Shown here one piece after another: positions 30,865 through 41,195 of a DNA stretch of 64,000 nt (position 1 is its first letter; every line of letters starts with the position of its first letter). The notes under the pieces are model-generated. The model did no database searches, was not told the DNA's origin, and saw nothing but the letters and a program-made list of their open reading frames with translations. Origin of the DNA: Porphyridium purpureum (lineage: Eukaryota); assembly GCA_008690995.1 (NCBI GenBank), contig VRMN01000001.1, positions 1,488,001 through 1,552,000 on the forward strand. The letters run 5' to 3'. The position numbers and the translations under genes are program-made.

Positions 30865-32166
30865 ATGGCGGACGACGAGGATAGGAGTGCGTGGGGATGG
30901 AAGGAGTATAAGGAGGCGGGGAACAAGGCGTTTGCGGCAGAGCAGTATGTGGAGGCAATTGAGTTGTACACGGCGTCGATCGAGCGGCAGCCGACCGCGC
31001 CCGTGTACAGTAATCGCTCGGCGTGTTATACGAAGCTCGGGCAGCATGACAAGGCGATCGCGGATGCCTCCGTGTGCGCAGAGATGGATCCCAAGTGGCC
31101 AAAGGGGTTTTGGAGAAAAGGGAACGCGCTGCAGGAGGCTGGGCAGATGCGGAAGGCCATCCGCGCCTTCGAGAGCGGGCTCGAACTGCACCCGCGCGAC
31201 CGCTCGCTCATCGAAGGAAAGAAGGCGTGCGTCATCAAGGCGCTCGAAACTGACACGGACGGCGAGATCCGCGCCATGTACTCTGAAATTGTGAACGCGC
31301 ACGAGGCAGAGGAGCGCGAAGCAAGCAGATTACAAACAGAAGCCGCCGCAGCCGCACCCGCGATTCCCGTCCAAGAGCCGGTCGCAGCGCACGCTCCTCC
31401 CGCATACGCGGGCGCGCCAGGCGCATCGGCAGCAGCGGCCGCATCAGCGGTTGACGGTCAGTATAACAAGGAGAACATGCAGCCTAACACAAACGGCAAC
31501 GCGGGTGACACGCCAGTGCCAGTTGCCGCAGACACAACTACAAAGGGCGCGGCAGCTGACACACCGGAAGCGGCGAATACAGCGGCATCGTCTGGCGAAT
31601 GGCCCGGCGCGCCCGAGCAGGAGATTGCACGAATTCTAGCGGCAGGAAACTGCTATGCCGTGCTGCACGTGGACCGGGCAGCCGCAGACAAGGATATCAA
31701 GAAGAACTATTACACGTTGGCCAAGCTTCTGCACCCAGACAAGTGCCCCGACCCGAATGCGCCCAAAGCCATGGCAGAAGTGTCGCAGGCGTACGACACG
31801 CTGAACAATCCAATCAAGAAAACCATCTATGACAAATACATGGATGATATGATGAAGAGTGAAGGCAAAACATTCGCCGAGTGGGAAGCCACCAACGGTG
31901 GTCCAGAGATCCCCAAGTGGCTCGAATGCATTCTGAAGACAAAAGGTGGCGCGTTTTGCTGCATCGTCATTCTGATCATTATTCTCATCCCAATCCTGCT
32001 GCTCCTTGTTGTCGTGTACTGTATCCTTTTGCTTCTTTGTTTGCCATTCGAGTGCTGCCAGATGTGCTTGTGCCCGGAAAAGTACAAGGCAAAGGTGGAG
32101 GAACGCGAGCGAGCCAGACAGCGCTGGGAAGAAGAACAACAGTACAAGCGGCACGAGCATGTATGA
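30865..32166 (+). CDS. TPR + DnaJ domain co-chaperone with a Cys-rich hydrophobic C-terminal segment
   Basis: Sti1-like TPR (GNKAF, YSNRSACY, WPKGFWRKG), J domain with LHPDK, and a Cys-flanked transmembrane-like stretch. Confidence 0.9.
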   Translation: MADDEDRSAWGWKEYKEAGNKAFAAEQYVEAIELYTASIERQPTAPVYSNRSACYTKLGQHDKAIADASVCAEMDPKWPKGFWRKGNALQEAGQMRKAIRAFESGLELHPRDRSLIEGKKACVIKALETDTDGEIRAMYSEIVNAHEAEEREASRLQTEAAAAAPAIPVQEPVAAHAPPAYAGAPGASAAAAASAVDGQYNKENMQPNTNGNAGDTPVPVAADTTTKGAAADTPEAANTAASSGEWPGAPEQEIARILAAGNCYAVLHVDRAAADKDIKKNYYTLAKLLHPDKCPDPNAPKAMAEVSQAYDTLNNPIKKTIYDKYMDDMMKSEGKTFAEWEATNGGPEIPKWLECILKTKGGAFCCIVILIIILIPILLLLVVVYCILLLLCLPFECCQMCLCPEKYKAKVEERERARQRWEEEQQYKRHEHV

Positions 32167-32235
32167 GTAAATGATGTCTCTTCTCGGCCTCCTTTTTTTT
32201 TTTTTTTTTTTTTCCTCTCCCTGTTATGACATAAA

Positions 32236-34026
32236 TCATTTTTTGATTATTTCTTTGCTGCGATGCTTCGACGCTGCGCGTGGCTCGTACACGACAACCG
32301 CCGACGCCGCGCTTTCGCGCGTGCGTTCGAGCAACTTGACGTAAGACGCCTTCGGCGGTTGTGCTGGCGCATGGGACGCCGGCGCGCCTACATAGAAGTC
32401 AGCGTCTGGCGGGATGCCAGGCAACACAAAGTCAAGAAAGATGTCTTGCAACTCGCCGAGAGCAAGACCAATCCATTCGCTGTCTCTGGGCACCATAAAC
32501 ACACGCACACAATCTCCGAGCTGTTCGTCGAGCGCATGCGAAACGAGATATGCGACGCGCGTACCCGTGCATAGCATTTGGCACTGGAGTTGCACAAAGT
32601 GGGTCGCTAGCAAGCTGGAATGCGGTTGCACGGCTATGGGGATCCAGCCGCCATTTTTTCCTGGCGCAAATGGGACGCGACACTTCACTTCGACGATGGC
32701 TTGTGGGGCGGTGTCTTGGTCGCCAGGAGCTGGTGCCCCGGCAGAAGTGTCGCACGCATACCAAATCGCATCGGGACTCGCTCCAAGCAGCGGAAATGGA
32801 CGATCTGGCTTGATAAAGTATCTCTCGGCTTCGTCTATGAGCATGTCTTGCTGCATCAGGTACAATCCTGCTTCTGACAAGCGCCCAGGTGGAAAATTGG
32901 GCTGGATGGCGCCACTGTCCACCAGTCGCAGAAAGGCAAGCAGGCCATTCGCCTCATGCCGCTTTCCCCAGTCGAGGTAAAACTGTCGCCGCTGCTGCGC
33001 GGCGGAGCGTGCGACTTTGACGCGCTGCGAATCAAATGTGTACGGATCCTGTGCTCGCAGCCATGCGTCCAGCGTCTTCGTGCGATCAACGTGCGAGAGC
33101 GGCATGCAGCGCGCGCCAAGCACTTTAGCTGCACGCTGCTCCATAAAACCGAGCGCATCCGCCATCGATGATGCCGTATAATGCACCGTCTTGCGACATT
33201 CGAGCCAGCCAGCGCTGTGCTGACTCACAGGAGCAAATGGCTGGTGAACATGCCCTAGCGTATTCCTCTCAGGCCTACCTGCAAGCGGCTGCACATACGG
33301 CAAAGCCCTGAAATTTGGGTGCGCGTACAGATCCGCCGGCGGCAGGCTAGACAGCTCAGTCAGTGAATGTTGGTCCATCCGGTCACCCGTATGATCATGC
33401 GCCCGTAGAGGGCCAACGCCTGTATGCGCCGGTGTCACGCGCCCCAAGTATGTTTCCAGGAGGATCATTCGAGTGTCGCGGTCGAGTTCAGAAATCTCGT
33501 GAAACTTTTGCAACCCCTTTCGAAGACCCACCAGATCCATCCTGGTGATTCCGACACTCGCCAAAAGCAACGGCTGGGGAACTTGGCTCGCGCTAGAGTT
33601 GGCTTTATCCAGTGCCACAATACCTGCGAGCGCCTGGCTCACTTGTGCACCAAACGACTCTCGCGCACTTGCAATCGCGGCATCATCGACGACGGCATCT
33701 GGCGTGAGTGCGACCCCCGCGCTCCGTGTTTCCATAAACTTGAGCCGCGCGACCAGCTGCGCCACGCGGCGCCACGCGCTCTGCATTTCCGGGTCGAACG
33801 CCATGGGCTTCTTGCTTCCGGTGGAACGCACCCGTCCATGCTGAACCATCCACGCACGCGACCGATGCGGCCCACAGCGTCGGCAACGCGCATGCCGTGT
33901 CGCCACCGCAAACGAACACGCTCGACGCCCGCATTTCCCGGCTTGAATCGACGCACGCGCAGCCGTGACCGCAACAAAGCAGGCGGCGTGCGGTTGCGGC
34001 GGCGTTCTCGGGTGCCGCGCCGCCAT
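32236..34026 (-). CDS. YqaJ/lambda-exonuclease-like PD-(D/E)xK nuclease with N-terminal extension
   Basis: YTASS...ALG, WGKRHE, LGASPDA, VEVKC.PF and QLQCQMLC. Confidence 0.82.
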   Translation of the reverse strand: MAARHPRTPPQPHAACFVAVTAARASIQAGKCGRRACSFAVATRHARCRRCGPHRSRAWMVQHGRVRSTGSKKPMAFDPEMQSAWRRVAQLVARLKFMETRSAGVALTPDAVVDDAAIASARESFGAQVSQALAGIVALDKANSSASQVPQPLLLASVGITRMDLVGLRKGLQKFHEISELDRDTRMILLETYLGRVTPAHTGVGPLRAHDHTGDRMDQHSLTELSSLPPADLYAHPNFRALPYVQPLAGRPERNTLGHVHQPFAPVSQHSAGWLECRKTVHYTASSMADALGFMEQRAAKVLGARCMPLSHVDRTKTLDAWLRAQDPYTFDSQRVKVARSAAQQRRQFYLDWGKRHEANGLLAFLRLVDSGAIQPNFPPGRLSEAGLYLMQQDMLIDEAERYFIKPDRPFPLLGASPDAIWYACDTSAGAPAPGDQDTAPQAIVEVKCRVPFAPGKNGGWIPIAVQPHSSLLATHFVQLQCQMLCTGTRVAYLVSHALDEQLGDCVRVFMVPRDSEWIGLALGELQDIFLDFVLPGIPPDADFYVGAPASHAPAQPPKASYVKLLERTRESAASAVVVYEPRAASKHRSKEIIKK

Positions 34027-34052
34027 TTGAGCATCACTGTCTCGCACGACGC

Positions 34053-35402
34053 ATGCGGCGACGAACGCGGGTGCAGCAGCTGCACGAAAACCGCGCAGGC
34101 TCGGTTGGCTTGGCCGCCGCCTCGCACAAAGTCGGGGTTGTCATCGGCGTCGTTATCTTGGTCACAGCTGGCGCACTGATTGGCGCGGCGTGGAGACGGC
34201 CATGGAGCCACGCGCATGGTGCGGCGCGACATGCAGGAGAGTTGCTTGCGGATGGAGATTCGGATGGATGTGCGTCCGGGACAGCGACGCCGAGTGTGTC
34301 TTGGCTCAAGCCGGCGTGGATGTTGCACGATGAGCGCCGCGTGTGGTTGGGCATGCTGCCGCGAGGTCGCGCGCTGTGGTTGCGATGGATGATGCAAAAG
34401 GTGCTCGGTAGGGTGGTCGGCAGCTGCGCGTGCGATGCCCAACTCGCCAATGCACAGTTCATGCACGCCGGCTGCGGTAAAGAGCTTGCCCGAACGCGAT
34501 ACATTCGGTCTTTGCTTCCGTTCTCTTCACAATGTCAAGGTATGCCCAAAATGGTGCTGGCGAATGAGCGCCGCATCCGCACGCGCGACATAGCAGTTGT
34601 CATCCTGCAGAGCCCGGCCGATTACGTGCTCTCTCTGCTCGGTCAGATGGCCCCGCAAGGCTCCGAGGCGGCCCATGTAGATCTGGGTCAAATCGACCCG
34701 GATTGGCTCGGCCGTGTGGAACTCGTGTACAAGGCGTTCGTGTCGTTTTGGCTGGACCGAGCACACGAATTGCCGTACGCGCGTGTGGAGCTGATCCCCG
34801 CTGAAATGTTGTTGCCCTTGACGAAAGAGCCATCGAATGGCACGGGCCAGGCGAGTGAGAAGCTTGCAGGCGCCGACGAGGACATCACGGACCCCCATGC
34901 GGGTGACAACTGGAATCTGGAACCGCATGAGCAGGGCTGGATGGAGCTTCTGTCCGCCTTGCGGGGCCAGCCTGAAGATAGAACAAAGCCTCGAAACGCA
35001 AAAGATGTTGAGGTTTCCGAGGCTCTCAGCAAACAGGCACGCGACGCCGATTCCGCTTTGGGAACGGTCTCTACCAGTGACGTTCGCCAAGTAGGTATGA
35101 ACGTGCCGCATGCGCGAGCGCTATCGCGCATCCGCTGTGCGATTGATGCGCACCACTCTGAGCAACTTCCAACGGCACACGCGTACGATATCGAAATTTT
35201 GATCCGCAGCGCTCGATTTGGTGGAGGCGCTGCGCCCTCGCCATTGGCGTGGGATCTGCTCAACAACTCGCTGGTCGACCGACTCAGCCGGTTCATGCAC
35301 CCCAAATTATGCCAACAGTGGGTCAAGCACGGCATTGAACGCCGCGTGACACAGCTGCGCCGGCTGGGCTGCGTACCATCGCTTCAGAATTCTGACACCT
35401 GA
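34053..35402 (+). CDS. Type II membrane protein with a degenerate sulfotransferase-like fold
   Basis: Single N-terminal TM segment. LGMLPRGRALWLRWMM resembles the 5'-PSB loop, VVILQSPADYVLS the 3'-PB motif, and IPAEML the YEDL motif. Confidence 0.5.
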   Translation: MRRRTRVQQLHENRAGSVGLAAASHKVGVVIGVVILVTAGALIGAAWRRPWSHAHGAARHAGELLADGDSDGCASGTATPSVSWLKPAWMLHDERRVWLGMLPRGRALWLRWMMQKVLGRVVGSCACDAQLANAQFMHAGCGKELARTRYIRSLLPFSSQCQGMPKMVLANERRIRTRDIAVVILQSPADYVLSLLGQMAPQGSEAAHVDLGQIDPDWLGRVELVYKAFVSFWLDRAHELPYARVELIPAEMLLPLTKEPSNGTGQASEKLAGADEDITDPHAGDNWNLEPHEQGWMELLSALRGQPEDRTKPRNAKDVEVSEALSKQARDADSALGTVSTSDVRQVGMNVPHARALSRIRCAIDAHHSEQLPTAHAYDIEILIRSARFGGGAAPSPLAWDLLNNSLVDRLSRFMHPKLCQQWVKHGIERRVTQLRRLGCVPSLQNSDT

Positions 35403-35491
35403 CTCTTCGAAGCAGGAAGCGCTCCCTCTCCCAGAAAAACAAAGAGCACACCTCCCATTCCCTGGTATAAACGAAGCGAGCCAAACAACCC

Positions 35492-37864
35492 ATGTTGCCG
35501 CAGGGACGTGGGAGAATCGCACGCGGACGTCCGATGGAAGGCGTCTCTCGCGTGGTGAGCGTGGCGGCGGCGTCGCTGAATCAATGGAGTCTCGACTTCA
35601 CGGGCAACGCATCGCGGATTGAGCAGTCCATTGCGGAAGCGCGCGCAGTGGGAGCGCGGTACCGCGTCGGCGGCGAGTTGGAGGTGTGCGGATACGGCTG
35701 CGAAGACCATTTTTTCGAACCAGATACATTTACGCATAGCTGGGAAGTGCTGGCCGCGCTGTGTGAGCGAGGATGTTTCAGCAGCGATATGCTGATCGAC
35801 ATTGGCATGCCCGTGATGCACCGCGGCGCCAGCTATAATGCTCGTGTTCTGATCGTGCAGAACAAGATCCAGTTGATCCGGCCAAAGATGTGGCTGGCCG
35901 ATGACGGAAACTACCGCGAGTCGCGCTGGTTCCGTGCGTGGCCATCGGATCGTGGCACAGAGTCTTTTCTTTTACCAGCGTGCGTGCAGAGCTCGGCGTT
36001 TGAGCAAGACAGTGTGCCGATCGGAAACGCGATCCTGCAGCTCAAGGACTGCGCGCTGGCCATCGAAACGTGCGAGGAGCTATTTGTACCTCAACCGCCG
36101 CATGTGCAGTACGGACTGCACGGTGTGGACCTGATATCGAACGGATCCGGATCGCATCACTCTCTTCGCAAGTTGTCTCAGCGTCTTGATCTGATCACAT
36201 CCGCCACGAAGCGTATTGGCGGCGCCTATATCTATGCAAACCTGATTGGATGTGACGGCGGGCGTCTATATTACGACGGCTGCAACCTGGTGGTCATCAA
36301 TGGTCACGTGTTGGCGCAGGGCGAACAATTCAGTGTGGAGCGCGAGTGTTTCATCACAGTCGCGCACATTGACTTGGCGGAAGTGGAGCGGTACCGCTCT
36401 GGTGTGGTCTCGCGCGGTGCGCAGGCTGCGCTGCTGTCTGCTCAGCAGCCCATCCCCAGAATCAATGTTTGCACGGCCGATGGTGCGCTGCTCGCACTCG
36501 GGAACATTGCTCGTGCCGGCGACACCACAAGTGTGTCCTTCTTGCGCCAAGCTGAGCGCGTGTCCCGGCCGCTGAAAAAAATACGGTTGTACTTGCCTGA
36601 AGAGGAGATTGCGCTTGGTCCGGCGTGCTGGTTGTGGGACTATTTGAGGCGCAGCAACATGCGCGGCTTTCTTCTGCCTCTCAGCGGCGGTGCCGACTCT
36701 GCCGCAACCGCGACGCTTGTCGCCAGCATGTGCTCGCTCGTATTCGCAGCGATTGAAAAGGGCCACTTGGGCGTTTTGCACGACTTGCGCCGCCTTGTTC
36801 GCAAGACTGCGACTCTGCCTCCGAATCAAGACAAGCGGACCATCGAGGAGCGCCAAGCCATGGAAGAATGGGTGCCTCGATCGCCGCAAGAGATTGCTGA
36901 GGAGCTCTTCGTAACCGTTTACTTGGGCTCCGAAAATATGTCATCCACAGAAACGCGCAACCGGGCACGGCGCTTGTCTCAGCAGATCGGAGCCTTTCAT
37001 TTGGACCTGAACATCTGGCCAGGTGTTGAGGCTTTGCTTCAAGTGTTTGCCTCTGCCTTCCCAGCGGCCGGAGCTCCCAAATTCAAGGTGCACGGCGGGA
37101 GTCATGAGGAGAACCAGGCTCTGCAAAACATACAGGCTCGCATCCGCATGGTTGTGGCGTATTTGCTGGCGCAACTCACGCCGTGGGCACGCGGCCAGAC
37201 GGGGACGCTGCTCGTGCTTGGCAGCGCGAACGTGGACGAAGCCTTGCGTGGATATCTTACCAAATACGACTGCTCGTCGGCCGACATCAACCCCATTGGC
37301 GGAATTAGTAAGACGGACCTCAAGGCATTTCTGCGGTGGGCATCTACCAAGCGCCTAGAGCGCGACTCGGGCGCGCTGCGTACGGGCGTGTTAGGTGGCG
37401 GTCTAGGGCTTACGGAACTTGTGCAAATTCTGGAGGCGCCGCCCACTGCGGAGCTTGAACCCATCACCGCTACTTACACCCAGACAGACGAAATTGATAT
37501 GGGCATGACTTATGAAGAATTGTCAATGTACGGCAAGCTGAGAAAGATCATGCACTCGGGCCCCGTCAGTATGTATTTCCAACTTTTGCGTGACTGGGCG
37601 CCAAGCAGTATCTCACCGCGCATGATTGCAGAAAAGGTCAAGTTCTTTTTCCGAATGTACGGGATCAATCGGCACAAGATGACCACCCTCACGCCATCGT
37701 ATCACGCCGAGTCGTACAGCCCAGATGATAATCGCTTTGACTTGCGCCAGTTTCTGTACAACCCTGGATGGACGTGGCAATTTGCCCGCATTGACCTTGC
37801 TGCCAAAGCGCTCGAAGAGGAGCATGATCAAAGCCAGGCGGAAAGGCAAAAGAAGAGCGAGTAG
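35492..37864 (+). CDS. QNS1: Glutamine-dependent NAD(+) synthetase
   Basis: Nitrilase domain (LNQWSLDF, ELEVCGYGCEDHF, RPKMWLADDGNYRE, ETCEEL) plus LPLSGGADS, YLTKYDCSSADINPIG and PDDNRFDLR. Start at 35492 or 35534. Confidence 0.97.
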   Translation: MLPQGRGRIARGRPMEGVSRVVSVAAASLNQWSLDFTGNASRIEQSIAEARAVGARYRVGGELEVCGYGCEDHFFEPDTFTHSWEVLAALCERGCFSSDMLIDIGMPVMHRGASYNARVLIVQNKIQLIRPKMWLADDGNYRESRWFRAWPSDRGTESFLLPACVQSSAFEQDSVPIGNAILQLKDCALAIETCEELFVPQPPHVQYGLHGVDLISNGSGSHHSLRKLSQRLDLITSATKRIGGAYIYANLIGCDGGRLYYDGCNLVVINGHVLAQGEQFSVERECFITVAHIDLAEVERYRSGVVSRGAQAALLSAQQPIPRINVCTADGALLALGNIARAGDTTSVSFLRQAERVSRPLKKIRLYLPEEEIALGPACWLWDYLRRSNMRGFLLPLSGGADSAATATLVASMCSLVFAAIEKGHLGVLHDLRRLVRKTATLPPNQDKRTIEERQAMEEWVPRSPQEIAEELFVTVYLGSENMSSTETRNRARRLSQQIGAFHLDLNIWPGVEALLQVFASAFPAAGAPKFKVHGGSHEENQALQNIQARIRMVVAYLLAQLTPWARGQTGTLLVLGSANVDEALRGYLTKYDCSSADINPIGGISKTDLKAFLRWASTKRLERDSGALRTGVLGGGLGLTELVQILEAPPTAELEPITATYTQTDEIDMGMTYEELSMYGKLRKIMHSGPVSMYFQLLRDWAPSSISPRMIAEKVKFFFRMYGINRHKMTTLTPSYHAESYSPDDNRFDLRQFLYNPGWTWQFARIDLAAKALEEEHDQSQAERQKKSE

Positions 37865-38222
37865 AGCACATGCTAGATAAGCGTACAAAGATGAACACTT
37901 GCGCATTTGTATCGACAACGGTTCCGCCCTGCCAGTGAGCGGCCTTTTTTCTTCTAGTACCTTGCGCTTGTGCGCGCGCGTTGTTTTCTGGTCGATGCTT
38001 GCTTTCATCAGTTGTTTTGACAGCCTGGCAAAATGCTTCTTTTTGTCAATTAACGCCCCTGAGGTGGTGGTGTCGCAAAGCGCGGCCATCTTGCAGCGTC
38101 GTACCGATGCGATGGTGCGCCCTGGAAGCTCCTATGATGCAAACCATCGCGATGTCTGCGAAGAACCGCCGACACGCATCCCTTCTTTTTGCTAGCTCTT
38201 CACGGTGTGGGCACACTCGAAC

Positions 38223-39101
38223 CTACTCGGACGTCGCCTGCGCGAGCACGACGCGCGACACAATGTCGCGAGGAATCTTGGTCAGTCTGCCTTTGAGGTT
38301 TAGAACAATATCAGATTCGGTGCGTTCGTGCAGGGCGCCCTCAAAACTCGTCTTCTTCTTCCACTCCTCGCGTGTCTCAACCAGTACAGCAAAGCCCTTG
38401 AAAACGGCAAACTCAAAGTCCTGTGTGAGCTCCTCTGCAACACCGGGTGTTGAAACCTCGAGTGCGAATTCTCCGAGCCGTGCGATCGGGCTGCGGGCGC
38501 CTTCCTGTGCCTCTGCTTGCTCCACCCGCTCGGAAACCTGTTGAGTAAATGCTTGCAAGCGCTCGAGTGAGACGCCTTTCGGTACTGGAATCGAGTCGGC
38601 ATCCAGCTCCGAGTCCGCCTCCGAGTCGGCATCGTCGCTGCTGTGATCTTCGATTTCGTCCAGATCTGCTGCCGCGATTGCACCCTCAGAGAGAGCACTT
38701 TCTTCAGCATTTTCATCCAAATTGAGCTTGATGACAAAGGTCTGGTCGTGCGGACGATACTGCACAGACACGACCACCAGGCCTAACGCGGTCGCGATCT
38801 CCCCAAACACATTTTCAAACTCACGCTGCAGTGCCTTTGCATCCAGCCGATCCACGTACGTAGCATCCTCCCCGCCCGCGCTCACAAGACTCACCACCAG
38901 CTTTGACACATGCTGCGCCCCGACGCTCACGAGCGGCACCCTTAACCGAGCTGCTCTTCTCCCGTGTCGTGTGCGCGCTGTTCCTGCCGCATCCACCACC
39001 ATCCACGCCACTCTCGTGCGACGCGCAGCGGCCACTCTCGACACGCGCGCAACCTGCCCACCGCGCCGCACCACCGGCGCAACAGAATCACACCATGCCA
39101 T
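38223..39101 (-). CDS. rimP: Ribosome maturation factor RimP, cyanobacterial type, probably plastid-targeted
   Basis: FALEVSTPGV...FAVFKGFAVLV and LNLKGR...IPR, with an Arg/Ala-rich transit-like N-terminus. Confidence 0.85.
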   Translation of the reverse strand: MAWCDSVAPVVRRGGQVARVSRVAAARRTRVAWMVVDAAGTARTRHGRRAARLRVPLVSVGAQHVSKLVVSLVSAGGEDATYVDRLDAKALQREFENVFGEIATALGLVVVSVQYRPHDQTFVIKLNLDENAEESALSEGAIAAADLDEIEDHSSDDADSEADSELDADSIPVPKGVSLERLQAFTQQVSERVEQAEAQEGARSPIARLGEFALEVSTPGVAEELTQDFEFAVFKGFAVLVETREEWKKKTSFEGALHERTESDIVLNLKGRLTKIPRDIVSRVVLAQATSE

Positions 39102-39456
39102 TCTCTCTCTCTCTCTCCCCCTTTCCCTCTGTCCCTCTGTCTCTTCGTCCTTCCTCTCAGCGCCGCCTATAAAACATGAATTATTTAATGTGCAGTTATT
39201 TAACTTAAAAATGGTGGTCTTTTAAGAAAGCACCGAAAAACCGATGACGGTGTAAGCGAGTATGGAGTCGGATGTAAGCTCTAGTAAAGCAGGCGGTTTG
39301 CATAGGAAGTGCCGAAGTGGCTATGAAAGTGAGTGGTTTTGGATATGAAGGGGACAACGGGACTGGACCAAAGGAGCGGGAGAAGGGAACAGGGAAAGAG
39401 GGAGGAGAGAAAGGAGGGGGGAGAGGGAGTTGGGGGGCGAGAGAGAGGGAAAGGCG

Positions 39457-40617
39457 ATGGTGAGTGATGAGCAGTTGTGTGTGGAAGTGCGAGAGATCGT
39501 GCGCACGCATGATCTGGAGACGCTGACGATTCGTCGCGTGCTGGCGATTTTGCAGGAGCGGCATGGCGTGCATGAGATTGACGACGCGCGCAAGCCGGCC
39601 ATCCGCGGAATGGTGAATCTGGCCATACAGGACGAGGAGTCTCAGGAGGAGAACGGCTCACAGGAGGAGCACGACGGCGCACAGGAGGATACCGCAGAGG
39701 AATCCGACGCCGCGCGGCCGCAAGGGAAACTGGCGGCGTCCGCAAAGGCGTCTGCGCAGAAGAACCGCGCCGCACCGCACGCCGAGAAGAGGAAAAAGGC
39801 GCCGCGGAAGTCGTCCGTCATCACCAGCCTCTCGGCATTCAAGCTGCCTGTCGTCTTGGCACCGCCGCTCGCCGAGTTTCTGCAGGCGCGCGTCATGGCT
39901 CGCTCCGACGTGAGCCAGCGCATTGTCAAGTACGCCAAGGAGCACAACTTGCAAGACCCCAACGACGGGCGCAATTACATGTGCGACGCAGCGCTGAAGC
40001 GGCTGCTGCAAACAGACTCTTTCACTTACTTTTCAATCAACAAGCTGACTGCCCCAATGATGAGCAGGGCGCGAGAGCACCCGGATGCCGCTGTGCGCGA
40101 GGAGGCAAGGATCCTCGAAGAGCGACTCCTCAAGGAGGCAAACGAAGCGCGCGCTGCAGAGACACAGGATGAGGACGGTTTTTCCGATGACGAAAGCAGA
40201 TTGCGTATGAAAAAGAAAAAGGCGCGGAGTGGGCCAGATAATCGCGGGAACGCCTTCAAGGCTCCGTACGAGATCAGTGACCAGCTGGCGGCCGTTTGTG
40301 GCTCCAACACATTGTCTCGACCTGAGGTGGTGCGCCGCTTGTGGGCTTACATAAAATCCAACGAGCTCCAGGATCCGAGCAATCGGCGCCACATCATTTG
40401 CGACGCCAAGCTGAGAGCGGTCTTTAACGGCCTGGACATTGTGACAGGATTTAATATGAACAAGTACTTAAGCCAGCACTTTATTCGGCGCTTGGATGTG
40501 GACGAGGCTGTAGCAGCAGCCTCGCCCTCTGATGTGCCAACTCGCTCACCACATGCCGCTGAGGGCATGGATGTTGTTCAGCTCACTTCAGACGATGAAA
40601 CGTCTTCTGACGGCTAG
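39457..40617 (+). CDS. DEK-C + two SWIB domains (UAF30/Spp27-like)
   Basis: VSDEQL...DLETLTIRRV (DEK-C), then two SWIB repeats (YAKEHNLQDP...CDAALK; LWAYIKSNELQDP...CDAKLR). Confidence 0.9.
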   Translation: MVSDEQLCVEVREIVRTHDLETLTIRRVLAILQERHGVHEIDDARKPAIRGMVNLAIQDEESQEENGSQEEHDGAQEDTAEESDAARPQGKLAASAKASAQKNRAAPHAEKRKKAPRKSSVITSLSAFKLPVVLAPPLAEFLQARVMARSDVSQRIVKYAKEHNLQDPNDGRNYMCDAALKRLLQTDSFTYFSINKLTAPMMSRAREHPDAAVREEARILEERLLKEANEARAAETQDEDGFSDDESRLRMKKKKARSGPDNRGNAFKAPYEISDQLAAVCGSNTLSRPEVVRRLWAYIKSNELQDPSNRRHIICDAKLRAVFNGLDIVTGFNMNKYLSQHFIRRLDVDEAVAAASPSDVPTRSPHAAEGMDVVQLTSDDETSSDG

Positions 40618-41195
40618 CGGGTCGTGAATGCCGCGCAACGGTGCAGATGTGTATATTTATCGTATCGTTCCAAACATCGGCTGTCGATCTGAGATAGAAA
40701 CCGGGCTAGTGTTGACTCGGCGGCAAGAGGTCACAGACCGTACGGTCCTCGTGGGGAATTGCCTGTCTTTAGCACAGATTGTATGGTGGCACTCGCTTCT
40801 GGCCCGAGCTCACTCCCGGTATGCAGAACTGGGTGTTAGAGAATAAAAGTGTGTGGAACGGATGACGGCAAGATGGCATACGCGCGAAAGATTGCTGTCG
40901 CTCTTTTCCTCAACCAAAGCCTGCGGCTTCAAACTTTCAGAGAAACGTTGAATAAGCCGTTCAACGGCAGCTGCACGTGCGAGCTGTGGGACCGAAATCG
41001 TTCAAGACAGTGTCATGGAGCTAAACAGATTTCTGCATGTGCTGTGGAGCAGGAATGACGTCCCAAGAGGGCGCTTTCCGTATAGGGCAATCAACACTGT
41101 GCAAAAGTTGTTTAGACATCAGCGATACGCGCACCAAGCTGCTGCGCCTGCTCGCGAAATTCAGCGATGTATTTTGATACAGCCCTTCGGCTCTT

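Noticed and set aside
37613..38089. 158-aa minus-strand ORF between NAD synthetase and RimP
   Set aside because: It overlaps the NAD synthetase 3' end in antisense and has no recognisable domain.
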